From Roseibacillus sp. (GTDB lineage: Bacteria > Verrucomicrobiota > Verrucomicrobiia > Verrucomicrobiales > Akkermansiaceae): a stretch of 64,000 bases of DNA. The translations under genes and the position numbers were made by a program. How positions within the stretch are numbered: position 1 is the first letter of the stretch; every line of letters begins with the position of its first letter. The notes beneath the pieces are model-generated. The model made no database searches and was not told the origin of the DNA. It saw nothing but the letters and a program-made list of their open reading frames with translations. The DNA is taken from contig CBDEUM010000012.1 of NCBI GenBank assembly GCA_965242925.1, positions 173,857 through 237,856 of the forward strand. The letters run 5' to 3'. This document shows positions 1 to 9,486 of this stretch, in pieces.

Positions 1-890
1 ACAAGAAACGAGCTGAAGGCTCCGGCCAGGATCCCAACCGCGAAGATGTACTTGGCGCTCGAACCGAAGAGCGGCTCCAGCTGGCTCGCCACATCCCCCA
101 CACTCTTGAGCTGAGCTGCCTCCGGCGTACGGTAAAACACCATGATCGAGGTAACCAGGATCACAGCGGTTACTCCGCCCAGAATCGAGATTCCCACCAC
201 CGAGTCAATCATGCCCTTGCGCAGGTCGCGCAGTCCCCAGCCCTTCTCCCTGACAAGATAAGCCTGGAAGAAGGCTCCTCCCACAGAGAAGGTCGTGCCC
301 ACCATTCCTATCAGGGGCAACCAGTCCGCAGGCGGATCCGACTCCATCACCCGTTCCACGGGATCCGCCACCATCACGGTCAACAGATTGATCAGGAAGA
401 CCACTATCATGAGCGCCATCAGGATCTTCATGGCCTTCTCGACAAGCCCGTAGAGACTGCGCATGGCGTAAAGCGAGAAGATCACGAGAGCGTTCACCAG
501 AACCACGATCAGGATCCGCGCCCCACTCGAATCCAGGGGGCCGTCAGTGCTGTCGAAGAGCGGTTCCAGCCCACCCACCACCGCAATGTTGTTACTGGAC
601 TGGAAGAGCGCCACGATGAGGAACAGCGTAGCCGCAACGGCAATTGCGAATGAACGGTTCAACCGCCGGGTCAGTTCATCACAGAGACTGTGCTTATATA
701 CCACCCCCAGGCGGGCGGAGAGCGCCACCATCCCGATCATGAGGGCCACCGCCACCACCAACACAGGCACTCCAAGCCAACCGAACTGCGCTCCCACCTT
801 GGAACTGGTGAGAATGCTGCCCGGTCCAAGAACGACTGCCGCCACGATAATGGCTGGCCCAACCGACTTCAGCGTTTCACGAACATTCAT
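1..890 (-). CDS. NRAMP/SLC11-related membrane transporter (3' end runs off the window)
   Basis: Not in ORF track. Manual translation from ATG 890: MNVRETLKSVGPAIIVAAVVLGPGSILTSSKVGAQFGWLG...; later PLIGMVGTTFSVGGAFFQAYLVREKGW; many hydrophobic segments. Confidence 0.8.
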   Translation of the reverse strand, partial: MNVRETLKSVGPAIIVAAVVLGPGSILTSSKVGAQFGWLGVPVLVVAVALMIGMVALSARLGVVYKHSLCDELTRRLNRSFAIAVAATLFLIVALFQSSNNIAVVGGLEPLFDSTDGPLDSSGARILIVVLVNALVIFSLYAMRSLYGLVEKAMKILMALMIVVFLINLLTVMVADPVERVMESDPPADWLPLIGMVGTTFSVGGAFFQAYLVREKGWGLRDLRKGMIDSVVGISILGGVTAVILVTSIMVFYRTPEAAQLKSVGDVASQLEPLFGSSAKYIFAVGILAGAFSSFL

Positions 891-939
891 CGTCACACTC
901 CGCACTCGCCATTCTCCAATATCCGGCCGGAATAACCAA

Positions 940-1848
940 TCACGAATAACCGATAACTTCCCTCGGCCGCTCCCAGCAGAGATCTGCGATTTCTCCGTTC
1001 TCCAGACCAATTCCACGCAAAACTCCCGCCACCCCGGGCATGGTCGTGGTCGATCCCACGAAGTGCGCACCATCCGGCGCACGCGCGATCATGTCCTCCC
1101 CGATTTCCAAATCCCACCCCGCCAGAGTGTATTTCCCCGGACCGGCCCGTGCTGCCGAGATCGCATCGGTCACCATGAGAGAACGCTCTATTCCCGCCGC
1201 CCGGAGATAATTCCGCAGGGCAAAGGGCGGCACATGCACTCCATCCCCTATGAAGCAGATCCAGAGATCTTCCGAGAGACTGAGCACTCGCTCCACGATG
1301 TTGTCGTGCCGTTGCAACTGCATGGGACAACCATTTCCAAGGTGCGTGAACATTGAGAGCCCCGCATCAATGGCCGCCCGGAGTTGATCGAGGGACGGGT
1401 CACAGTGTCCGGCGGAAACCACGATGCCCTCTCCCGCCAGAAAGCGGGTGGTCGCAAACCCCTCATCACATTCAGGCGCCAGGGTCACTATTCTGGTGAG
1501 ATCCCCTGCCGCTTCCAGCAGCTCCTTCATGGCATCCACTGTGGCGGGCCGGGTCCAATCGCGCGGGTGGGCTCCGATGAACCCGTCGGCCTGATTCAGA
1601 AATGGGCCTTCGATATGCAGCCCCACAAGCACCTTCCGCACCACCTCATCTTCCTCACGCGCTCGAACCAACCTCTGGAGTTTTCCTTTCATGCTCTCAA
1701 TAGAGTCCGTGATTACCGTTGCCAGGGCGCCGGTAGTCCCATCCTCCTGCATGGCCTCGCAGGCCACGCGGGCCTGCTCGGTTGTCAGAAAATCGGAATT
1801 GAAATCGATTCCTGCGTATCCATTGACCTGGAGATCGAAGTAGCTCAT
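940..1848 (-). CDS. nagA: N-acetylglucosamine-6-phosphate deacetylase
   Basis: DLQVNG, LHIEGPF, GAHP, TLAPE, AGH, THLGNG, DGVH, VTDA motifs. Confidence 0.92.
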   Translation of the reverse strand: MSYFDLQVNGYAGIDFNSDFLTTEQARVACEAMQEDGTTGALATVITDSIESMKGKLQRLVRAREEDEVVRKVLVGLHIEGPFLNQADGFIGAHPRDWTRPATVDAMKELLEAAGDLTRIVTLAPECDEGFATTRFLAGEGIVVSAGHCDPSLDQLRAAIDAGLSMFTHLGNGCPMQLQRHDNIVERVLSLSEDLWICFIGDGVHVPPFALRNYLRAAGIERSLMVTDAISAARAGPGKYTLAGWDLEIGEDMIARAPDGAHFVGSTTTMPGVAGVLRGIGLENGEIADLCWERPREVIGYS

Positions 1849-2591
1849 TGCTGAAGTAAGCTGGCCGCCGGCTCGTCGAGAAAGAGCATGCAGTCGCCAT
1901 GATCCTGCAGGATTGTGGCGGGCACGTCGGGACTCACCTCTCCCTCCACTGTCTTCTGTACCGCATCCGCCTTCCGGTCATCAGGCACCGCACAGATGAT
2001 CCGGTCTGCCTTGAGGATCTGCTGCACGGACATCGATATTGCGTGGGTGGGCACGGCAGCAAGATCGGGGAACCATCCTTCTCCCACCTGCTGCTGGCGG
2101 CACACCCCGTCAAGTTCCACTACGAGGTAGGGTTCCTCGGTCTCAAAGTCCGCGGGTGGATCGTTGAAGGCAATGTGCCCATTCTCGCCAATTCCGATGA
2201 AAGCGACCACCGGCGCTTCTCCTGCCAGTACTCTCCCCATCCGCACACACTCCATCCGGGCCTCGTTCTCGCCCTCGATGGCGTGAAAGGCCTTCAATTT
2301 CCCAGGGAGCCTGGCAACGAAGCGTTCCCGCAGAAACCTGCTGAAAGAGGCCGGATGGTCCGCCGAAATGCCGATATACTCGTCCAGGTGAAATAGCGTC
2401 ACCCCCTCCCAGGCAATGTCCGGCTCCCTTGTGAGTGCCTCCACCACCTCAAACTGGGAAGCTGCCGAGGCCATCACGATCCGGGCCTCCCCACAATCCG
2501 CCAGAGCCTCCCGGATCTTCTCTGCCCCGGCGGCCGCTGCCGCCGCTCCCATCTCGCCCTTCGTTGCAAAGATCCTAGCCTCCATCTCCAC
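1845..2591 (-). CDS. nagB: Glucosamine-6-phosphate deaminase
   Basis: FHLDEY, HPASF, GIGENGHIAFNDP, PATILQDH; 4-bp overlap with nagA; exact start uncertain. Confidence 0.9.
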   Translation of the reverse strand: MEMEARIFATKGEMGAAAAAAGAEKIREALADCGEARIVMASAASQFEVVEALTREPDIAWEGVTLFHLDEYIGISADHPASFSRFLRERFVARLPGKLKAFHAIEGENEARMECVRMGRVLAGEAPVVAFIGIGENGHIAFNDPPADFETEEPYLVVELDGVCRQQQVGEGWFPDLAAVPTHAISMSVQQILKADRIICAVPDDRKADAVQKTVEGEVSPDVPATILQDHGDCMLFLDEPAASLLQQ

Positions 2592-2684
2592 CCTACTTTG
2601 ACACCATCTTTAAACCTCCACCAACCAATAACTCAATAACCGGCTTGTCCTTCGCTCCTTCAGGACGGAAGGATAAGCACGAAC

Positions 2685-4295
2685 ATGACCTCCGACTTTC
2701 TAGTCATCGGCAGTGGCGTGGCCGGCCTCTCATTTGCCATCAAGGCTGCCGAACACGGGTCCGTCACCCTGATCACCAAGAACGACGCTCTCAATTCCAA
2801 CACCGCCTGGGCTCAGGGTGGAATCTCAGCCGTCCTGCCCGACGGCCTGTGCGACCGGAATGACAGCATCGAGAAGCACGTGGACGACACCCTCGACGCT
2901 GGAGCGGGTCTCTGCAACGAGAAGAACGTACGCACCATCATTGGCGAGGGCGCACAGACCATCGAGGAACTGGTGGCCTGGGGCACCACCTTCGACAGCG
3001 AGGGTAACCGATACTCCCTCGGACGGGAAGGTGGGCACTCCGAGCGCCGCATCCTCCACTCCAAGGACACCACCGGTCATGAGATCGCTTCCTCTCTTCT
3101 GGAAACCGCTCGCAACACTCCCCGCCTCTCCATCCTCGCGGATCACATTGCCATTGAACTCATCACCACCGGCAAACTGGGTAGTGTAACCGATGACCGC
3201 GTGTTGGGCGTCTATGCCCTTGAAAAGGAAACCGGCGAGGTCCGTGTCCTTCGCTCCGACCGTGTCGTGCTGGCTACCGGCGGTTGCGGAAAAGTCTACC
3301 TCTATACCACCAACCCGGATTCCGCCACTGGCGACGGAGTGGCCATGGCCTGGCGCGCAGGCGCTACCATCGCCAACATGGAATTTGTTCAGTTTCATCC
3401 CACCTGCTTCTACAATCCTGCCGCCATAGGACCGGAGGCCCGCTCCTTCCTTGTCTCCGAGGCCTTGCGTGGAGAAGGCGCAACGCTGCTCAACGAGAGG
3501 GGTGAGGACTTCACCCTTAACTACGACAAGCGCGGCTCTCTTGCTCCCCGTGACATTATCGCCCGCGCAATCGATACCGAGATCAAGAAGACCGGGGCTC
3601 ATTGCGTCTACCTTGATGTCACCCACAAGCCGAAGGGTTTCGTCGCACAGCGATTCCCTTTCATCTACCAGACTCTCCTCGAATTCGGTCACGATGCCGA
3701 GGTGGCCCCCATCCCGGTCGTGCCTGCTGCTCACTATCAATGCGGTGGCGTGGTTGCCACACCTGACGGCACTACCTCCATTCGTGGTCTGTTTGCCATC
3801 GGCGAGGTAGCCTGTACGGGACTGCACGGGGCCAATCGGCTCGCCTCCAACAGTCTCCTGGAAGGAAACGTCATGGCCCGCCGGGCCCTCGCGAAAATCC
3901 TTCACCACTTCCCGCCCGGGAAGGACGCTCCCACCCCCTCTATCCCCGACTGGGAACACGGGGATACCGCTCCGCCCGATGAATTGGTCAACATCTACCA
4001 CAACTGGGACGAGATCCGCCGCACCATGTGGGACTACGTCTCCATCGTCCGCACGGACAAACGACTCCTCCGGGCCAGTTTCCGCCTCCGGAACCTCGAC
4101 CGGGAAGTGCGCGAGTTCTACTGGGGATACCGCATCAACGCCGACATCCTGGAACTCCGCAACCTCGTGGCAGTGGCCTCACTGATCGTCGACTGCGCTC
4201 TCCGTCGCAAGGAGTCGCGCGGCATCCACTTCACCCTCGACTTCCCCCAACCGAACCAGCAGTACCAACACGATACCATCATGCGGCGATTCTAG
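2685..4295 (+). CDS. nadB: L-aspartate oxidase
   Basis: GSGVAG FAD motif, AQGGI, EGGHSERRILH, QFHPT, PAAHYQCGG, GLHGANRLASNSLLE, ESRGIH. Confidence 0.96.
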   Translation: MTSDFLVIGSGVAGLSFAIKAAEHGSVTLITKNDALNSNTAWAQGGISAVLPDGLCDRNDSIEKHVDDTLDAGAGLCNEKNVRTIIGEGAQTIEELVAWGTTFDSEGNRYSLGREGGHSERRILHSKDTTGHEIASSLLETARNTPRLSILADHIAIELITTGKLGSVTDDRVLGVYALEKETGEVRVLRSDRVVLATGGCGKVYLYTTNPDSATGDGVAMAWRAGATIANMEFVQFHPTCFYNPAAIGPEARSFLVSEALRGEGATLLNERGEDFTLNYDKRGSLAPRDIIARAIDTEIKKTGAHCVYLDVTHKPKGFVAQRFPFIYQTLLEFGHDAEVAPIPVVPAAHYQCGGVVATPDGTTSIRGLFAIGEVACTGLHGANRLASNSLLEGNVMARRALAKILHHFPPGKDAPTPSIPDWEHGDTAPPDELVNIYHNWDEIRRTMWDYVSIVRTDKRLLRASFRLRNLDREVREFYWGYRINADILELRNLVAVASLIVDCALRRKESRGIHFTLDFPQPNQQYQHDTIMRRF

Positions 4296-4441
4296 GGCCA
4301 ATCCTCCCGGATCCCCCCTCGCTGGAAAGAGTGGGGATGGAGAAAAGAGGTTCCCTGTCCATCAGCAGGTCTCCCGCCGGGCGGATGTCCCAAGCCCATC
4401 ATTGCGTCGCCTTGAATGTTTGCTTTAGTAGGGCCGCCAGC

Positions 4442-6688
4442 ATGCCTGTTTTCTCCCGCCTGATCCTCCCCGCACTCTTCGCTCTCTGCGGTTCCCTTCG
4501 GTCAACCGCCCAGGACGACATCGAAAACGCCATCTCCACCATGCTGGCCGGGATGAGCCTGGAGGAGAAGGTCGGCCAGATGACCCAGCTCACCCTGGGT
4601 GCCCTTTCCAGCGGAGAGGCCAATTCCGGAAATCCGGATGGACATCAACTCGATCCCGAAAAACTCCGTCACGCCATCGTGAACAAACACGTGGGCTCCA
4701 TTCTCAATGTCCACAACATGGCCTTCAGCGCGGAGCACTGGCACAAGATTCTGACTCAGATCCAGGACCTGGCTACCAAGGAGACCGGGAACAAAATCCC
4801 CATCCTCTATGGAATCGACAGCGTCCATGGAGCAAATTACCTGCGGGGGGCCACCCTCTTTCCCCATAATCTGGGGCTTGCCGCCACGCGCAACAGGCAA
4901 CTGGTGGAGCAATGTCACGCCATAACAGCCCGCGAAACCCGCGCCGCCGGTATTCCCTGGAACTTCGGGCCCTCTCTCGACGTGGGTCGACAACCGCTCT
5001 GGTCCCGCTACGTCGAGACCTTTGGCGAAGACGTCCACATTGCCAGCGTGATGGCCGTTGCCGCGGTGCGCGGCCTGCAGGGCGACTCGCTTTCCTCCCC
5101 CCGCTCCGTTGCCGCCACCGCCAAACATTTCCTAGCCTACAGCTTCCCCGCCAGCGGGCGGGATCGCACTCAATCTCTCCTCCCCGAACGCTACCTCCGC
5201 GAGCATTTCCTTCCCCCCTTCATGCACGCGGTGGAACAGAATGTGCAGGCGATCATGGTGAACTCCAGTGAAGTGAACGGCCTGCCCGTACACGCCAATC
5301 ACAATGTGCTCACCAAGCTCCTGCGCGGTCAGATGAAGTTCAGGGGAGTGGTAGTCACTGACTGGGAGGACGTAAGGAAACTTCACAGCCTTCATCGGAT
5401 CGCGCCCACCATCAAGGAGGCCGTCCGCCTCTCGGTGGAAGCCGGCATCGACATGTGCATGGCACCGGACGATTTCCACTTCACCGACAACCTGATCGGA
5501 CTGGTCAGTGAGGGGCTCATCCTGGAAGAAGCGCTCGACACCTCCGTTCGCCGTATCCTCCGGCTCAAGTTTGCCCTCGGTCTCTTCGAGAATCCCTATC
5601 CCGACCCTGCCGCTGCCGGTGAAATCGGCAAGGAGGATGCACACGCACTTTCCAGGCAGGCCGCCCGCGAGTCTCTCGTTCTCCTCAAGAATAATGGAGT
5701 CCTCCCCCTGTCCAAGGAAAGCAAGATCCTGCTCACCGGACCCGGTTGCCACTCGTTGTCCGCCCTCCATGGAGCCTGGTCCTACACCTGGCAGGGGACA
5801 GATGAGACGGCCTACCCGGAGACCCTTGACACCGTCCTGGAAGCCTTCAATGCCCACCACGGTCGGGACAACGTCCTCTGGGCGCGGGGAGCGCAGTGGG
5901 ATGGATCCACTGACTTCGATTACGCTCTGCGCAAGGCACGGAATGCCGATGTCATCGTGTGCGTCCTGGCGGAGAAACCCAGCACTGAAACCCCCGGGAA
6001 CATCAACGACCTGGCCATGCCCGAAAACCAGTTGCGCCTGGTAAGACGCCTCGCCACCGGAAAGCCCCTTGTCCTTGTTCTCCTGGAAAATCGCCCCCGC
6101 CTCATCACCAGGGTCGCAGGCCTTTGCCATGCCATCATCTATGCCGGGCAGCCGGGGCCCCACGGTGGCGGCGCGCTCTACGAATTACTGACCGGACAGT
6201 TCAATCCCTCGGGACGGCTTCCTTTCACTTACCCCCGCGATCCACACAACCTCCTCCCTTACGATCACAAGCACAGTGACAGTGTTGGTCCGGACGGGGA
6301 CACCCCCGGATTCAATCCTCTCTACGAATTCGGACACGGACTGAGCTACACGACCTTCAAATACGACAAACTTGAGATAGCACCCGGACCTCTCACCCAA
6401 GTCGACAGTCTCAATCTGTCAGTGGAGGTCACCAATACCGGCCCACGCAAGGGAACGGAAACCGTCCACGTTTTTGTCCGTGACCTGTTTGCTGAGATCG
6501 TTCCCCCGGTCAAACGCCTCCGGGCTTTCAGCCAAATCGAACTCTCACCCGGTGAAACCAAGACCGTCACCTTTGACATCCCCGCCATCGATCTCGCCTA
6601 TTTCGGTCCGAAAAACTATCCCATTCTGGAACCCGGGGAGTTTGAGGTGATGATCGCCGACCAGAAGGCCACCGTCACCGTGCAGTAG
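4442..6688 (+). CDS. Secreted GH3 beta-glucosidase (BglX-like)
   Basis: Signal peptide from ATG 4442; LEEKVGQM, DSVHG, ETFGED, KHF, VTDW nucleophile, NPSGRLPFT, FGHGLSYTTF, C-terminal Fn3-like domain. Confidence 0.92.
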   Translation: MPVFSRLILPALFALCGSLRSTAQDDIENAISTMLAGMSLEEKVGQMTQLTLGALSSGEANSGNPDGHQLDPEKLRHAIVNKHVGSILNVHNMAFSAEHWHKILTQIQDLATKETGNKIPILYGIDSVHGANYLRGATLFPHNLGLAATRNRQLVEQCHAITARETRAAGIPWNFGPSLDVGRQPLWSRYVETFGEDVHIASVMAVAAVRGLQGDSLSSPRSVAATAKHFLAYSFPASGRDRTQSLLPERYLREHFLPPFMHAVEQNVQAIMVNSSEVNGLPVHANHNVLTKLLRGQMKFRGVVVTDWEDVRKLHSLHRIAPTIKEAVRLSVEAGIDMCMAPDDFHFTDNLIGLVSEGLILEEALDTSVRRILRLKFALGLFENPYPDPAAAGEIGKEDAHALSRQAARESLVLLKNNGVLPLSKESKILLTGPGCHSLSALHGAWSYTWQGTDETAYPETLDTVLEAFNAHHGRDNVLWARGAQWDGSTDFDYALRKARNADVIVCVLAEKPSTETPGNINDLAMPENQLRLVRRLATGKPLVLVLLENRPRLITRVAGLCHAIIYAGQPGPHGGGALYELLTGQFNPSGRLPFTYPRDPHNLLPYDHKHSDSVGPDGDTPGFNPLYEFGHGLSYTTFKYDKLEIAPGPLTQVDSLNLSVEVTNTGPRKGTETVHVFVRDLFAEIVPPVKRLRAFSQIELSPGETKTVTFDIPAIDLAYFGPKNYPILEPGEFEVMIADQKATVTVQ

Positions 6689-6749
6689 GGCTCCGGAAGA
6701 GCAGAGGGAGCCATTGACCCCTATGCTACGGTATCCCTAACACCATCCT

Positions 6750-7562
6750 GTGTCCCGTCTTCTCCTCATCGCCATCCTGATGCCGCTCTGGGCCTCCCTT
6801 CCCGTCCCGGCCCAGGAAGGGCCATTGGTCACCTCTCCCACCAAGGCCCCGCCCAATCCCTATCAGTACCGCAAGACCGTTTACCCGTGGCGCCGGAATA
6901 TCACCGCCACCATCTTCTGGATCGGTGAAAAACCAAGCGGACAAAATACCACTTCCAATCACCACTCCTCCTGGGACGGCAAGTGGGCCAAGAACTACGG
7001 CGGATACGACGACCCGGATCCAAAGGCACGGCAAAACTTTGCCCCCAGGGCCTTCCGCCCCGGTCTCAATCCGTTCTACGTGGCTCTCCCCTACAACGAC
7101 TGTCTCAACCACCGTCGGCACCGCCCCGAAGCCTCCCGGGTAATCCCCTGGTTCTCTCGCTACAATCCACCACCGGGTGAGAGCATCTGCAAGGGCCGTT
7201 GGATCCAGCTCTACTACCGTGGCAAGATCTGCTACGCCCAGTGGGAAGACTGCGGGCCCTGGGTCACCGACGACTGGAAATACGTCTTCGGTGGGCAACC
7301 CCCACACAACAACAGGGCCGGCATTGATGTCTCCCCCTCCGTCCGCGACTACCTCGGCCTGAAGTCCGGCGAGAAATTGCACTGGCGATTCGTGGAGTTC
7401 GGCGGGGTTCCCCGAGGACCGTGGTCATGGTATGGATCCAACAACCCCTTCGTCGACCCGGAGGTCGATCCCGACGTGGCAGTGGTACGCCGACTTTACC
7501 GGTATCTTGAGCAGAAGAAACTGGAAGAGTTCCGCAGGAAGAACAATCAGCTGCCACGGTAG
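6750..7562 (+). CDS. Exported hypothetical protein, possible RlpA/DPBB-like fold
   Basis: Signal peptide; WEDCGP...AGIDVSP resembles the D-x-GP...IDLS pattern of double-psi beta-barrel proteins. Confidence 0.6.
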   Translation: MSRLLLIAILMPLWASLPVPAQEGPLVTSPTKAPPNPYQYRKTVYPWRRNITATIFWIGEKPSGQNTTSNHHSSWDGKWAKNYGGYDDPDPKARQNFAPRAFRPGLNPFYVALPYNDCLNHRRHRPEASRVIPWFSRYNPPPGESICKGRWIQLYYRGKICYAQWEDCGPWVTDDWKYVFGGQPPHNNRAGIDVSPSVRDYLGLKSGEKLHWRFVEFGGVPRGPWSWYGSNNPFVDPEVDPDVAVVRRLYRYLEQKKLEEFRRKNNQLPR

Positions 7563-7633
7563 AAATTCCGCGCTCCCTTTTTACGCAACGACGCATGGGG
7601 GATGTCCCCGGTGCCACCAGAGCACTGCCAATC

Positions 7634-8917
7634 TCACGCGCGCTCCAACAGGTTGCGAAGGTGCAGGATAATACGCGCCGTCGCGCCGCGATGTTGTTCG
7701 AGCACTGCCGTGGCCCTGGAGGTGAGCGTCCGCCGGTATTGTGCCGACTCCAGAACAGCGCGCAGGCCCTTCGGAAGATCCGATTTGGAGACACTCTCGA
7801 CAGCCGATTCGGCGCGAAGCTCCGTGATGAGCGGCTCAAAGTTCTCCATGTGCGGACCACAGACTACCGGAGTGCCGACTGCGATCGCCTCGACCGGATT
7901 CTGTCCTCCCCGACTCAGGAAACTCTTACCGATGACCACCACGTCCGCATGAGCGGTCCAGTCCAGCAACTCACCGGTGGAATCCACCACCAAGACTGCC
8001 TTCTCAAGTTTACCCGGACCCTTGAAGCAGCTCCGCAGAACCACTTCGAAACCGGCAGCTTCCAGATCAGCTCGAACTGTATGTCGGCGCTCGGCGTGCC
8101 GCGGAAGAATCACCGCCAACCCTCCCGGAACCTGTCTCACGGCCTCAGCAATCAGGCGTTCTTCACCGGCGTGACTACTGGCGACCACAACAACCGGACG
8201 CCCCGGACCGAAGGCATCTATCATCTCCTGGAACTCAACCCGTTTGACCGGGCATTCCAATCCTTCCAGATCAAACTTGAGACTGCCTGTCACCACCAGT
8301 GCCTCGGGCAGGACGCCTATGTTCGACCATCTCTCTGCATGCTCGGCCACCTGCGCGCACACCAACTTCAATTGACCGAACAGGGATGCGGTGATTACCC
8401 GGAAGCACTCGTAGCGGCGGGCCGATCGTGGCGACAGGCGGGCATTCACGAGAGCTGTCGGAATTCCCCGGCGGTTGGCGACATGCAGGAGGTTGGGCCA
8501 GAGTTCGGAGTCTATCAGCACAATCAGCGCCGGTTCAAAGCGGTTGAAGATGTGGCGGATGATCGGGGAAAGATCGAGTGGACTGTAAATCACCCGCACC
8601 CCATCGGGAGCTTCCGTCTCCGCCAGTTGAAATCCCGTGGAGGTCGTGACCGCGATCACGAATTGCTCCTCCGGATGTAGCTTCAGCCACTCTGCAACCA
8701 GGCGAAGCGCCATCCTGACCTCACCAACACTGACGGCATGGACATAAATCGCACCGACCGGCTCAAATTCAGCGGGACGCTGGAACATCCCCAGTCGCTG
8801 AAGAAGCCGCGTATCGAGTCCGCCCCGCCGGGCCATTCTGAGCAGCCATGCTGGCGCAGCGAGAAGCAGAAACAGGGGAAGCAGCCAGTTGTAGAGTAAC
8901 CGCACCGCCATGTTCAT
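7634..8917 (-). CDS. waaA: 3-deoxy-D-manno-octulosonic acid (Kdo) transferase
   Basis: HAVSVGE, ELWPN, NARLS, GSLKFD, ASSHAGEE, PRHAER, GGQNPVEA, GPHMENF; start at ATG 8917 or 8911 rather than 9001. Confidence 0.93.
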   Translation of the reverse strand: MNMAVRLLYNWLLPLFLLLAAPAWLLRMARRGGLDTRLLQRLGMFQRPAEFEPVGAIYVHAVSVGEVRMALRLVAEWLKLHPEEQFVIAVTTSTGFQLAETEAPDGVRVIYSPLDLSPIIRHIFNRFEPALIVLIDSELWPNLLHVANRRGIPTALVNARLSPRSARRYECFRVITASLFGQLKLVCAQVAEHAERWSNIGVLPEALVVTGSLKFDLEGLECPVKRVEFQEMIDAFGPGRPVVVVASSHAGEERLIAEAVRQVPGGLAVILPRHAERRHTVRADLEAAGFEVVLRSCFKGPGKLEKAVLVVDSTGELLDWTAHADVVVIGKSFLSRGGQNPVEAIAVGTPVVCGPHMENFEPLITELRAESAVESVSKSDLPKGLRAVLESAQYRRTLTSRATAVLEQHRGATARIILHLRNLLERA

Positions 8918-8928
8918 GGGCGGGAAAC

Positions 8929-9486
8929 CTATCGGGACTCCTCCCGAGCGTAAAACAGAATCGCGCTGCTCCCGTACTGCCGCCGGTCGATCATCTTCCA
9001 CCCGGGCGCGGCTGGTTCCTCCCCCTCTGCTTCCACCTCCAGCACAACCAGACCACCGTCTGACAATCGTGACGGAAGGGCCGCATCTTTCATGAGAGCC
9101 CCGGCCAGGTCGTAATCCGCGCTGGCCGCATAGGGTGGATCCGCCAGGATAAGATCAAACACCGCGGAGCAACTCCCCAGATAGGCGAAGACATCGCGCT
9201 GATGCACCGTACCCTGCCCTGCAAGTCGCGCCTTCCCCAGGTTTTCCCTGAGGATCCTACCGGCCGCTCCGCTTGCTTCCACGAAGACGGCTTCCTTCGC
9301 CCCCCGGCTCAGAGCCTCGATTCCCAGCGCTCCGGAACCCGCAAAGAGATCCAGGACCCGCGCGTCTTCCAGACGGACCTGCAGAATTGAAAAGAGGGCT
9401 TCCCGGAGCCGATCCGTGCTGGGCCGGGTCCCCCGAGCCGGCACCTTCAAGCGCATTCCCCGTGCTATGCCTGCAATCACTCTCAT
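8929..9486 (-). CDS. rsmD: 16S rRNA (guanine966-N2)-methyltransferase
   Basis: MRVIAG, TRPSTDRLREALF, LDLFAGSGALGIEALSRGA, DPPY. Confidence 0.95.
   Translation of the reverse strand: MRVIAGIARGMRLKVPARGTRPSTDRLREALFSILQVRLEDARVLDLFAGSGALGIEALSRGAKEAVFVEASGAAGRILRENLGKARLAGQGTVHQRDVFAYLGSCSAVFDLILADPPYAASADYDLAGALMKDAALPSRLSDGGLVVLEVEAEGEEPAAPGWKMIDRRQYGSSAILFYAREESR

Noticed and set aside
4028..4441. N-terminal extension of the GH3 ORF
   Set aside because: Overlaps nadB and is low-complexity; a clear signal peptide begins at ATG 4442.
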